Part shown: in pieces, positions 40,028-48,894 of the stretch
Layout of the letters: the number at the start of each line of letters is the position of its first letter
Numbering within the stretch: position 1 is the first letter of the stretch
Assembly: GCA_963706025.1 (NCBI GenBank)
Contig: CAVPLM010000003.1
Span: forward strand, 544,001 to 608,000
Origin: an uncultured Actinomycetes bacterium
GTDB lineage: Bacteria; Actinomycetota; Thermoleophilia; RBG-16-64-13
Direction of reading: 5' to 3'
DNA length: 64,000 nucleotides
Program-made: the position numbers and the translations under genes
The notes under the pieces: generated by a model
Database searches by the model: none
The model's input: the letters and a program-made list of their open reading frames with translations, nothing else
Told to the model about the DNA's origin: nothing

Positions 40028-40876
40028 TTGATTAGAGGAACCCCAGACACAGATTGGACGGCGCTCAATCGTCTCGCCTCTCGCCTTCGGGCAGACGTGA
40101 TCGAGATGCTCTATCGCGCTCAGGCTGGCCACCCTGGGGGATCGATGAGTGCGGTAGAGATACTCGTCGCTCTGTATTTCAAGATCCTCCGCGTCGACCC
40201 ACAAAACCCGCGATGGGTCAACCGCGACCGCTTTGTGCTTTCAAAGGGACACGCCTCGGCAATCTACTACGCTGTGTTGGCAGAGCGGGGCTTCTTTCCC
40301 AAGAGCGTGCTGGCTACATACGATGAGCTTGACTCATGTCTGCAGGCTCATCCAGACTTGCAGACGCCGGGAGTCGACGCTCCTTCTGGCTCGCTGGGTC
40401 AGGGGTTGTCGGTGGGGGTAGGAATGGCTCTCGCCGCCCGCCTCGATGCGAAAGACTGCCGTATATACGTGCTCCTGGGAGATGGGGAGTTGGAAGAAGG
40501 GCAAGTCTGGGAGGCAGCGATGGCCGCCTCAAGGTTCAACCTGTGTACTTTGACGGCCATCGTCGACTACAACAAACTCCAGCTCGCGGGGCGCACAAAT
40601 GAAGTGATGGCTATAGAACCGCTCTCCGAGAAGTGGAAAGCCTTCAACTGGCACGTGATCGAGGTGCCGGGTCACGACATTAGGGCAGTCGCGGAGGCAT
40701 GCAGCACCGCGGCGACGATTACGAACCAGCCGACCGTCATAGTCGCCCACACCGTGAAAGGTAAAGGCGTCTCCTTCATGGAAGACGACTATCGGTGGCA
40801 CTCGGCTCCGATCACGGATGAAAACAGGGAGCGGGCGTTGGCAGAGCTAGGCGCAGCCGACGGGGGCGCGAGATGA
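40028..40876 (+). CDS. Transketolase N-terminal subunit (split transketolase)
   Basis: GHPGGS, RDRFVLSKGH, GSLGQG, GDGELEEG..DYN and HTVKGKG. Confidence 0.92.
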   Translation: MIRGTPDTDWTALNRLASRLRADVIEMLYRAQAGHPGGSMSAVEILVALYFKILRVDPQNPRWVNRDRFVLSKGHASAIYYAVLAERGFFPKSVLATYDELDSCLQAHPDLQTPGVDAPSGSLGQGLSVGVGMALAARLDAKDCRIYVLLGDGELEEGQVWEAAMAASRFNLCTLTAIVDYNKLQLAGRTNEVMAIEPLSEKWKAFNWHVIEVPGHDIRAVAEACSTAATITNQPTVIVAHTVKGKGVSFMEDDYRWHSAPITDENRERALAELGAADGGAR

Positions 40877-41811
40877 TACCGGGGTCGATTGTCGCTTTGC
40901 GGGATGGCTTTGGACAGGCTCTTGTCGACCTCGGGGCGACCAATCGACGCCTCGTTGTCCTGGACGGCGACGCCGCGCCCTCCACTAAGGCCAGCATGTT
41001 CGCGTCAGCATACCCGGACAGATTCTTTCAATTCGGCATCGCTGAGCAGAACATGATGAGTGCTGCAGCAGGCTTCGCATCCTTTGGCTTTGTGCCGGTC
41101 GTCAGTATCTTTGCCTGCTTCGCAACGAAGAGAGCGCTTGACCAGATCCGTATCTGTATAGCTCAACCTGCTCAGCACGTCGTCATCGCCGCCGGCTTCA
41201 GCGGCCTGCTGGTGGGCAAGAACGGTAAGACTCATCAATCGGTTCAAGACATGTCCATCATGCGCTCGATGCCGGAGATGACGGTCATCGCTCCGGCTGA
41301 TAGTGAGGAGGCGTATTGGGCTGTACTGGCAGCCGTCGAGTGTGACGGCCCGGTATACGTTCGACTGGTACGGGATCCAACGCCGGTCGTCTTCGAAAGC
41401 CGGCGTGACTTTGAGATTGGTCGAGCGATAACCGTCAGGGAGGGCAAGGACATAGCGCTGATTACCACCGGCACGATGCTGCCGCGGGCCATTGAGGCGG
41501 CAGACCTGCTCGAGCGTGAAGGAATACACGCCTACATCCTTCACGTCCCCACTCTCAAGCCGTTGGATGAAGATGCAATCGTTACCGCAGCCAAGGTGAC
41601 CTCGGCTGTAGTCACTTGCGAGGAACACAGCATCATCGGCGGCCTGGGGGGTGCAGTTTCCGAGACGTTGAGCGAACGCTGCCCGACGATAGTTGCGAGA
41701 GTAGGGTTGCGGGATACGTACGGTGCGTCGGGACCGCCTGAAGCTCTCCTCAAGAAGTTCGGGCTTACTGGAGAAGACATTGCAGCAAGCGCCCGGCGTT
41801 TGCTGGGGTGA
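40873..41811 (+). CDS. Transketolase C-terminal subunit with altered substrate loop
   Basis: GIAEQNM, THQ, GPVYVRL, KPLD and EEHSIIGGLG; overlaps the upstream gene's stop. Confidence 0.9.
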   Translation: MIPGSIVALRDGFGQALVDLGATNRRLVVLDGDAAPSTKASMFASAYPDRFFQFGIAEQNMMSAAAGFASFGFVPVVSIFACFATKRALDQIRICIAQPAQHVVIAAGFSGLLVGKNGKTHQSVQDMSIMRSMPEMTVIAPADSEEAYWAVLAAVECDGPVYVRLVRDPTPVVFESRRDFEIGRAITVREGKDIALITTGTMLPRAIEAADLLEREGIHAYILHVPTLKPLDEDAIVTAAKVTSAVVTCEEHSIIGGLGGAVSETLSERCPTIVARVGLRDTYGASGPPEALLKKFGLTGEDIAASARRLLG

Positions 41812-41881
41812 CGACGAAATTGACCGTGGCATTTGTGCGCAAACAGCCTACTCACCAACCTTCACGGGACCTGGTGCGCCG

Positions 41882-42130
41882 GTGAAGGCCAAGGTACTTG
41901 TGAAGCTGCCAGCGGGGGTAGTCGGACTGGGTCTACCTCTAGAAGTTGAGTGCGAGGGAGAAACAGTCGCTGAGGCTCTGGCTGACTCGATCGCTCACGA
42001 GCCCAAGCTGAAGTCACGGATACTTCGCGACGATGGTCACGTAGTCACGGGTGTGTTCCTCAATGGTCGGAACGTCCGGCAAAGTGGGGGTTCGGAAGCG
42101 TTGGAAGGTGGGGCTTGGCGGTGCTACTAG
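41882..42130 (+). pseudogene. MoaD/ThiS-like sulfur carrier lacking the C-terminal Gly-Gly
   Basis: VKLP....EVECEGETVAEAL...EPKLKSRI...VFLNGRNVR beta-grasp pattern, then diverges to end EGGAWRCY. Confidence 0.6.
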
Positions 42131-42235
42131 TAGTGAGCAGCGAGCAGTGAAGCCTGGCCCGTGTGCCGGGGGTTCACAGTCACAAGTCGAGCGCGCCAAC
42201 TGCCTCTTCCGCCACCACTACGATAGGGAGTCGAG

Positions 42236-43203
42236 ATGTCAGTCTTTCTTCAGGCGCCTTCTTGGCTTGCTCGCGGCCGTCATCTGTCTCGTCGCCATTG
42301 CGGTATCCGCCTGCGGCGGTGACTCGTCCCCAAGTCAGCGGGGTGATTTCCTCGTCGGATACAGGCTGCACCTCGAAGCTGTTCTTGCAGCCCGCGCCGT
42401 GGTTGTAGCCACTTCCAACCAGAGGCTCGCCGCGTACAACAGCGCTCCCACCAGACCGTTGACTGCTTCTGACCTGGTGGTTGATGAGGTGGATAGTCTT
42501 CTGAACCGGGTCCGCAAGGAGCTTCCCGTCCCTCCCGACGAGCCTCTACGGTCCTCGGATGCCGCCTGGAGGTCTGGGATTGTGCGCTGGTTCCGGGCTG
42601 AGCAAGCTCTCGCCTCCGAAGATTCCCAGAAGAACCGAGATGCGGAGCAACAGGCGATGGACGAGGAGCATGGCGCGGTTCGAGCTCTCACAAAGTACGT
42701 GACAGGGTCTATGACGGCGCCTTCGACTACCACCTCGATCGCGGCCGCACCGACGACCACAAAAACGGACACTTTGAAGGTCGATGAAGCGAAGTTCACC
42801 GCCGTTTGGCGAGCGCTCATGAAGATTGAAGGGGCGACTTCGGTAGGGGTCGTTTACAATGATATGCGCAACTTGGTCCAGGACTTTGCGACGGAGATAT
42901 CCCTTCCTGCCCCAGGACATGAATGATGATGAACGGTTGGTGGCGCTCGGGCTGTTGAGCATAGCGCAGGCGTATAACGACAGCCTTAGTCTCTGGAAGG
43001 CGCAAATTGACTTCGGGAAATCCGACTCCTACAAGGGGGCGGGACTCATACCCTATGCCACAGCCGAGGCGAGCTGGGTATCCAAATACGGTCTTTCGTT
43101 CGTCACTGGGGACAAGACCAAGTTGACTCCCGATAGCATTGAACGGGTCTGGTCCTGGGCTTACGACAAGACGGACGAACTAAGACCGATCTTGGCTCCA
43201 TAG
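42236..43203 (+). CDS. Hypothetical lipoprotein (frameshifts near 42245 and 42905)
   Basis: RBS GGGAG plus ATG 42236; signal peptide with VSAC lipobox; Thr-rich linker; continues in ORF 42859-43203. Confidence 0.5.
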
Positions 43204-43277
43204 TCTGCGCCTCGCTCCAGCCGCCCGTATTCTCGCGCGGCCAATTCTGGCGACGCTTTGGCAACGAACCATGCGTC

Positions 43278-43425
43278 AGCGGAGGAAGAAAGAACTGCCA
43301 CGCGGGGGGCTTCGAGAAGGAGTAGGCGGCGAGCCTGAGAGCTGCTCCGGTAGCAGCAGACGGAGGCCGCGAGGGTCGAGGCCGCGATCGCCGCCAATCT
43401 CAAGGAGTTGGGGTACGGAAAGTGA
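43278..43425 (+). pseudogene. Type I R-M HsdM C-terminal remnant
   Basis: Reads FEKE*...LR*QQTEAARVEAAIAANLKELGYGK*, a characteristic HsdM C-terminus, with in-frame stops. Confidence 0.65.
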
Positions 43426-43510
43426 GCTGGCGCTGAGTTATTAGCACTTAGCGCGATATGTGATAATAAGCTCCAGCGTTATTAGCGCTTGTGAGAAGAG
43501 GGATGCTCTG

Positions 43511-44671
43511 GTGCAACGGGGGATGGCAGGGCGATTCGAGGTAACCGCGGTCGGCGGCGAACGCGTGCAGGCCTTCGTACCCGCGCCGCTGCCCCCGCAG
43601 CCCGCGGTCGAGATGAGTTCCGAGCGCCAGCGACTGCTGGAGGGTGCCCTGCTTGCGTGCGGCCGGCTCGATGCCGTCACAGCATTGCTGCCCGAGCCCG
43701 ACCTTTTCCTCTACTCCTACGTGCGCCGGGAGGCCGTGCTCTCGAGCCAGATCGAAGGCACGCAGTCGTCGCTATCCGATCTCCTGCTCTTCGAACTCGA
43801 CGAGGCGCCCGGAGTGCCATTCGACGACGTGGTCGAAGTGTCCACCTACGTTGCCGCTCTGGAGCATGGGCTCGCACGTTTGGCGGGCGGGTTTCCGCTC
43901 TCCAACAGGCTCCTGCGCGAGATTCACGGGGTTCTCCTCTCGCGAGGTCGCGGTGCCACCAAGCAGCCTGGCGAGTTCCGCACCAGCCAGAACTGGATCG
44001 GAGGGACCCGCCCGGGCAATGCCCGCTTCGTCCCTCCGCCGCCTCAGGAAGTGGAGCCGTGCATGGCTGCACTCGAACGATTCCTACACGATCCTGCCGC
44101 GCCGGGAGCGCTGGTCAAAGCGGCGCTTGCCCACGTGCAGTTCGAGACCATCCATCCTTTCCTGGACGGCAATGGGCGCGTCGGACGCCTTCTCATCTCC
44201 CTCCTCCTGCACCACGATGGCGTGCTGCGTCAGCCGCTTCTCTATCTGAGCCTCTACTTCAAGCAGCACCGAGCCGAGTACTATCGGCAACTCGACGCCG
44301 TTCGCACCACCGGTGACTGGGAGGCGTGGCTCGAGTTCTTCCTCGAAGGCGTCGCCGAAACCGCCAGCGGCGCTGTAGATACGGCCCATCGGCTGCTCGC
44401 CATGTTCCAGGGCGACGTCGCGCGCATTGAAGGCCTGGGCCGGTTGTCGGGGAATGCCCTGCGGGTGTTCGACGCTCTGCGCCGCCGTCCGGTGGCCGAT
44501 ATCGATCATCTGGCTCGGGAGACCGGCATTGCCTACTCTACCGCTGCGCGGGCAGTGGAGGCTCTCGTCGGGCTGGAGGTGCTCCGTGAGTTGACCGGCA
44601 GGCAGCGCGGGCGGGTGTTCGCCTATAGCCGGTATCTGGAGATCTTGAGCGAGGGGGCGCAGCCGCTGTGA
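43511..44671 (+). CDS. Fic-domain protein with C-terminal HTH
   Basis: HPFLDGNGRVGR catalytic motif and N-terminal inhibitory SSQIEG. Confidence 0.92.
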   Translation: MQRGMAGRFEVTAVGGERVQAFVPAPLPPQPAVEMSSERQRLLEGALLACGRLDAVTALLPEPDLFLYSYVRREAVLSSQIEGTQSSLSDLLLFELDEAPGVPFDDVVEVSTYVAALEHGLARLAGGFPLSNRLLREIHGVLLSRGRGATKQPGEFRTSQNWIGGTRPGNARFVPPPPQEVEPCMAALERFLHDPAAPGALVKAALAHVQFETIHPFLDGNGRVGRLLISLLLHHDGVLRQPLLYLSLYFKQHRAEYYRQLDAVRTTGDWEAWLEFFLEGVAETASGAVDTAHRLLAMFQGDVARIEGLGRLSGNALRVFDALRRRPVADIDHLARETGIAYSTAARAVEALVGLEVLRELTGRQRGRVFAYSRYLEILSEGAQPL

Positions 44672-44689
44672 GCACCGATCGGCGAGGCC

Positions 44690-44895
44690 ACTCCTCTGGA
44701 GGAAGCCCAGGACCTGATGTACGAGGCCTGGAATGCCCAAGGCGCCCGGCGGGCCCAGCTTGCCCGCAAGGCTTTGGAGATCTCGCCCGATTGTGCGGAT
44801 GCCTACGTCCTCCTCGCCGAAGAGAAGGCGCGCACGTTGGGGGAAGCTCGGGACCTCTTCGTGCAAGGCGTCGCCGCCGGAGAGCGTGCCCTGAG
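44690..44895 (+). pseudogene. TPR-type protein, N-proximal fragment
   Basis: TPLEEAQDLMYEAW...LARKALEISPDCADAYVLLAEE...GVAAGERAL; no convincing start. Confidence 0.6.
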
Positions 44896-45287
44896 CTGGC
44901 TGGCGGGCGCTCAGTGACCCTGTCATGAACGCGCGGAGCTTATGTGGGCCGGTCTCTCGGAGCGCGGAGAGTAACCATATGCCGCGGGCAACTGATCGCT
45001 CGCGAATAATCACGCGTCGCATGGCGACTGGGCACGCATGGGCTTCAGCGATGTGATTGAGCCGAAACGTGGATACGACTTGCCCGCCGGCGAGCGGGTA
45101 GATGGGCCCCACCCCGCGGTCGAACCTGCAGACTCCTGATCAGCCGGGCTCGAAACTCCCGATCTGCCGGGGTCTCGGCCCACCGACCTGGGGGGTCTGT
45201 GAACCGCCCTCGCTTGCGTTCGCAGAATAACCTGCTAATCTACTAGCAGATTGATAGATTAATCGGCGAGCCCAGGACGGAGCAACA

Positions 45288-46469
45288 ATGTACTCTTACC
45301 GCACCACGACCCCTATCGAAGCGAGTCTTGCCCGCCTGACCGAACTGAAGCAGCGGCTCGATTTGCGGGGGCCGCTCCCGCGAATCTGGATTGGCAGGAC
45401 CCGCCGGGAACTCGAAGCCGAGGCGGTCGCCGCTTCCACCTCCATGGAAGGGGTGTCGGTCACCGTGGACGAGGTGCGGCGCATACTCGCCGGTGATCGG
45501 CCTGCTTCTGTCGCGCCCCAAGACGTGGCCTTCGTCGAGGGCTACCGCGATGCGATGAAGTTCGTTCTCAACCGGGCAGACGACTCGGAGTTCGAGTGGC
45601 ACACGGAGTTGATCCTGGGGATCCACTACCGAGTGATGGCAGAAGACCACTCGCTTGGAGCGGGAAGGTTTCGGCAGACACAGAATCGTCTGGTCGACGT
45701 AGCGGGTCGGCGGCAGGTCTTCCTCCCGCCGCCGCCGAGCGAGGTGCCGCGGCTCGTCGCCGAGCTGGCTGCGTGGGCACAGGAGCAGAGGAGTACTCCT
45801 GCCCCACTCGCGGCGGCCATGGTCCACTGCCGGCTCGCCGGGATCCATCCCTTCTCGGATGGGAACGGTCGCACCGCTCGGATACTCGCCTCCCTGGCCA
45901 TGAATCGGGGCGGATACCGGTCTCCGGAGTTCACCAGCCTGGAAGAGTGGTGGGGTGGGCACCTCGCCGACTACTACCGCGCTTTCGAGTGTCTGGGGTT
46001 TGAGTGGACCGACAGGGTGGATGTGACTCCTTTCGTCGAGGCCCATGTCAGGGCCCAGGTGAGCCAGGTGGAGGCGCTCTCGCTGCGGCAGGCGACCGAA
46101 CGGATCCTGTGGCTCGCCCTGGATGACGCCACGAAGGCCGTGGCCGGCGGTGACGGCCGGATGGCGCATGCGCTCTACGACGCCTTCTTCGGGCGAGAGG
46201 TGACGAATCGCTTCTATCGGAGCCTGGCAGACGTGTCGGTGGCGACGGCCGTCAACGATCTGGCCAGACTGGAGAGCAACGGGCTGCTGACTGCGCTGGG
46301 AGCCGGGAGGAGCCGCAGATACATCGCGGGAAGCCGGTTGGCCGGGCAGATAGCCGAGAGTGTGGGCGTCTCTTCTGTTGTTGACGAGCAGGCCCCTCTG
46401 GAGTCGCAGCGCGATGCGATCATCGTGGCGTTGGCCGAGAGGGCGAAGCAAGGTGGGTTGGGCCTATGA
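45288..46469 (+). CDS. Second Fic-domain protein with C-terminal wHTH
   Basis: HPFSDGNGRTAR, inhibitory STSMEG and GAGRSRRY wing. Confidence 0.9.
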   Translation: MYSYRTTTPIEASLARLTELKQRLDLRGPLPRIWIGRTRRELEAEAVAASTSMEGVSVTVDEVRRILAGDRPASVAPQDVAFVEGYRDAMKFVLNRADDSEFEWHTELILGIHYRVMAEDHSLGAGRFRQTQNRLVDVAGRRQVFLPPPPSEVPRLVAELAAWAQEQRSTPAPLAAAMVHCRLAGIHPFSDGNGRTARILASLAMNRGGYRSPEFTSLEEWWGGHLADYYRAFECLGFEWTDRVDVTPFVEAHVRAQVSQVEALSLRQATERILWLALDDATKAVAGGDGRMAHALYDAFFGREVTNRFYRSLADVSVATAVNDLARLESNGLLTALGAGRSRRYIAGSRLAGQIAESVGVSSVVDEQAPLESQRDAIIVALAERAKQGGLGL

Positions 46470-46668
46470 CCGCCCCCTTCCGTGGAGCGCGCCGGCCACG
46501 ACCAGGTCGTCCTCCTGGGCGGAGGAACTGCCCTTAGGCCCCACCATTTGTAAGCGTTTTGCGCCCTGAATCATCCGATTTCGGTGGCGATGAAGGGCTG
46601 ACTCCCCCGGGGGCCATAGAGGCCAGACGACAGTACGATGAGAACCTTGGCAATCGGAGCCCCGAGCA

Positions 46669-47838
46669 TCACGCCGCGGGCCCTCCCTGCTGCTGGGCCA
46701 GGCGCGCTATGAGCCCCTCGAGGTCGATTACCCGGCCCTGCTGGGCTCCACCGAGGCCGATCGTGTATTCCCGGCTGAGGCTGGGAACCACCACGACGGC
46801 GGCCGCGGCGGGATACGCGTTTTTGAAGGCACGGAGCCCCCTCAACTCACCAAGCGAGCCCTCCGACCATTTGCACTCCACCGCCAGCAGGCCTCTCTCC
46901 CCCAGATCGAAGACAAAATCCACCTCCTGGCGCTGTTTGGTTCTCCAGTAGTGTGGCCGCGCCCCCGGAACCCGAGCTTGGATCTCATTGAGGACATAGT
47001 GCTCCCAGAAGGCACCGTAGTCCTCGCTACGTGGCTCGGTAAGCCCCCGCGCGTGTCGGACGAAGCCCGTGTCGAACGCGTAGACCTTCGGGGCGCCAAC
47101 TATCTCGGTGGCGCGACGGGTGGAGTAGGGACGAATGATATGAGCCACGCGTGTCTCTTCGAGCACTCCCAGGTAGTTGGATATGGTCGTCCGGCTGACC
47201 TCGCATGGGCCTGCATAGGTGGTTGCTTCGAAAATGCCCCCGCTGTTCACCACGAGCAGTTCGACGAAGCGCATGAACGAGCCGCGCCTTTCCAAACGGA
47301 ACAGCTCCTGTACATCTCGAGCCCAGAATGAATCGAGCCACTCTTCGTATTCCTCGGGCTGCGCCTTCTCTCGCTCCAAGAAGAACGGCGGTATCCCGCC
47401 ATACCAGAGACGGTCGGGCAGGTGTTCGGCCTGGAAGTCGTGGAGATCGTGGGACATGATGGGCGTGAGCCACAGCGAGGTCTTGCGCCCCGTCAAGGTG
47501 TCGGCGAACTTCGCCTTTGCGGCCAGCGTGGACGAACCGGTGGCGATCACGCGGATGTCCGGGAAGTGATCGGCAGCGATCTTGAGCACCTCCGACGGGC
47601 GCTGGAGCCGGTGGATCTCGTCGAGGGCGACCCGCGCTCCGCGAAAATCGCCGAAGAAGCGCTCCGGCGCGTCAAGCTGCCGGCGCACGCTCGGCAACTC
47701 GCAGTCGAAGTAGGCCACCTCGTCCAGGCTCTGGCAGAGAGTCGTCTTCCCGATCCTGCGCACCCCGTGCAACCAGACCACGGACCGGCGCTCCCAGGCC
47801 GTCTCAACTCTCTGGATCCAATGTCTCCGTATTACCAT
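46669..47838 (-). CDS. AAA+ ATPase (AAA_14/DUF4143 type) with C-terminal nuclease-like domain
   Basis: GVRRIGKTT, LDEIH, ATGSS, LTGR, KVYAFDTG and YWRT...EVDFV....VECK. Confidence 0.9.
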   Translation of the reverse strand: MVIRRHWIQRVETAWERRSVVWLHGVRRIGKTTLCQSLDEVAYFDCELPSVRRQLDAPERFFGDFRGARVALDEIHRLQRPSEVLKIAADHFPDIRVIATGSSTLAAKAKFADTLTGRKTSLWLTPIMSHDLHDFQAEHLPDRLWYGGIPPFFLEREKAQPEEYEEWLDSFWARDVQELFRLERRGSFMRFVELLVVNSGGIFEATTYAGPCEVSRTTISNYLGVLEETRVAHIIRPYSTRRATEIVGAPKVYAFDTGFVRHARGLTEPRSEDYGAFWEHYVLNEIQARVPGARPHYWRTKQRQEVDFVFDLGERGLLAVECKWSEGSLGELRGLRAFKNAYPAAAAVVVVPSLSREYTIGLGGAQQGRVIDLEGLIARLAQQQGGPAA

Positions 47839-47890
47839 ACGCGATTAGTCTTGCACATGGTACTACCGAACGCAACTGTGGCGACGCTTT

Positions 47891-48043
47891 CTGGCGCAGT
47901 GTCTCTGGAAGTTGGGGGAGCGGGAGACCGCGATTGAGCACTACAAGGACATGCTGCGCCTGAACCCCAACGATATCCAGGGAATGCGTTACATTCTTCT
48001 TGACTGCCACCCGGCTACGAAAAGCGAGGAGGAGCTCCCATGA
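47891..48043 (+). pseudogene. TPR-type protein, downstream fragment (same family as 44690-44895)
   Basis: LAQCLWKLGERETAIEHYKDMLRLNPNDIQGMRYILL; no start codon. Confidence 0.6.
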
Positions 48044-48816
48044 TCCTGGAGGATATCGCCGGCAAACGCGTACTGGTCACGGCGGCGGCGAGCGGCATCG
48101 GGGCGACGATCGCCGCGCGCTTCGCCGAAGCCGGCGCGCGGGTCTACATCTGCGATGTGGACGGCGCGGCCGTCGAGTCCTACCTTGCTGCTCATCCCGG
48201 TATCGGTGGGACCGTGGCCGATGTGGCCGAGCCTACCGACGTCGAGCGCTTCGTGCGCGAGGGGACGAGCTGGGCCGGGGGCCTCGACGTCCTCGTGAGC
48301 AACGCCGGCATCTCCGGCCCGACGGCGGCCGTGGAGGACATGGACATCGAGGGTTGGCGACGCACGCTCGACATCAACCTCACAGGGGCCTTTCTCTGTG
48401 TGCGGGCGGCGGTGCCGCACCTCAAGGCGGCTGGTGGCGGCTCCATCGTCCTGATGTCGTCCAACGCGGGCACCCTGGGGCAGCCCTTCCGGGGTCCGTA
48501 CGTGGCCACCAAATGGGGCCTGATCGGTTTCGCGAAGACCTTGGCCATGGAGCTTGGCCCGTACGGCATCCGTGCGAACGCCATCTGTCCCGGCGACGTG
48601 GACGGTGACCGCATCCGCCGGGTCATCGCCCTCGAGGCTGAGAAGCGCGGAATGACCTATGAGGAGGTGCTGGCCGAACGGGTCCAGTCGGTCTCGTTGG
48701 GCACCTTGATGACCGCGGACGACGTGGCCGCCATGGTCCTTTTCGTCTGTTCCGAGGCCGGCGCCAAGGTCTCAGGCCAGGCGCTGCTCATCGACGGCTA
48801 CGCTGCGCGCGCCTAG
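48040..48816 (+). CDS. Short-chain dehydrogenase/reductase (3-hydroxybutyrate-dehydrogenase-like)
   Basis: TAAASGIG, NAGISGP, catalytic YVATK and NAICPG. Confidence 0.9.
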   Translation: MILEDIAGKRVLVTAAASGIGATIAARFAEAGARVYICDVDGAAVESYLAAHPGIGGTVADVAEPTDVERFVREGTSWAGGLDVLVSNAGISGPTAAVEDMDIEGWRRTLDINLTGAFLCVRAAVPHLKAAGGGSIVLMSSNAGTLGQPFRGPYVATKWGLIGFAKTLAMELGPYGIRANAICPGDVDGDRIRRVIALEAEKRGMTYEEVLAERVQSVSLGTLMTADDVAAMVLFVCSEAGAKVSGQALLIDGYAARA

Positions 48817-48894
48817 GGGGCGCCGGCCGGCGGCCGGGGCGCCTATCGGGGGCCTCGGTCCGCGCCTGCCGGGTCGCCGGTGTGCCGCTGCTTC

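Larger units (their letters stand above)
18110..48043. mobile_element. Probable tRNA-Thr-anchored genomic island (right boundary uncertain)
   Basis: Core genes stop at the tRNA; visibly more A/T-ending codons over ~25.6-43.5 kb; recombinase-like, hsdM and TPR relics and Fic genes. No intact integrase or attR was found by eye. Confidence 0.5.

Noticed and set aside
27230-41811. Assignment of the cluster to sulfoquinovose (sulfo-TK), apiose, steroid or polyamine catabolism
   Set aside because: No sulfoquinovosidase, sugar kinase or isomerase, hydroxysteroid dehydrogenase or aminotransferase is present; the substrate is left unassigned.
45105-45185. TCGAACC-containing segment resembling a reverse tRNA 3' half (possible attR)
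   Set aside because: Similarity to tRNA-Thr is limited to a few bases; no cloverleaf and not in direct orientation.
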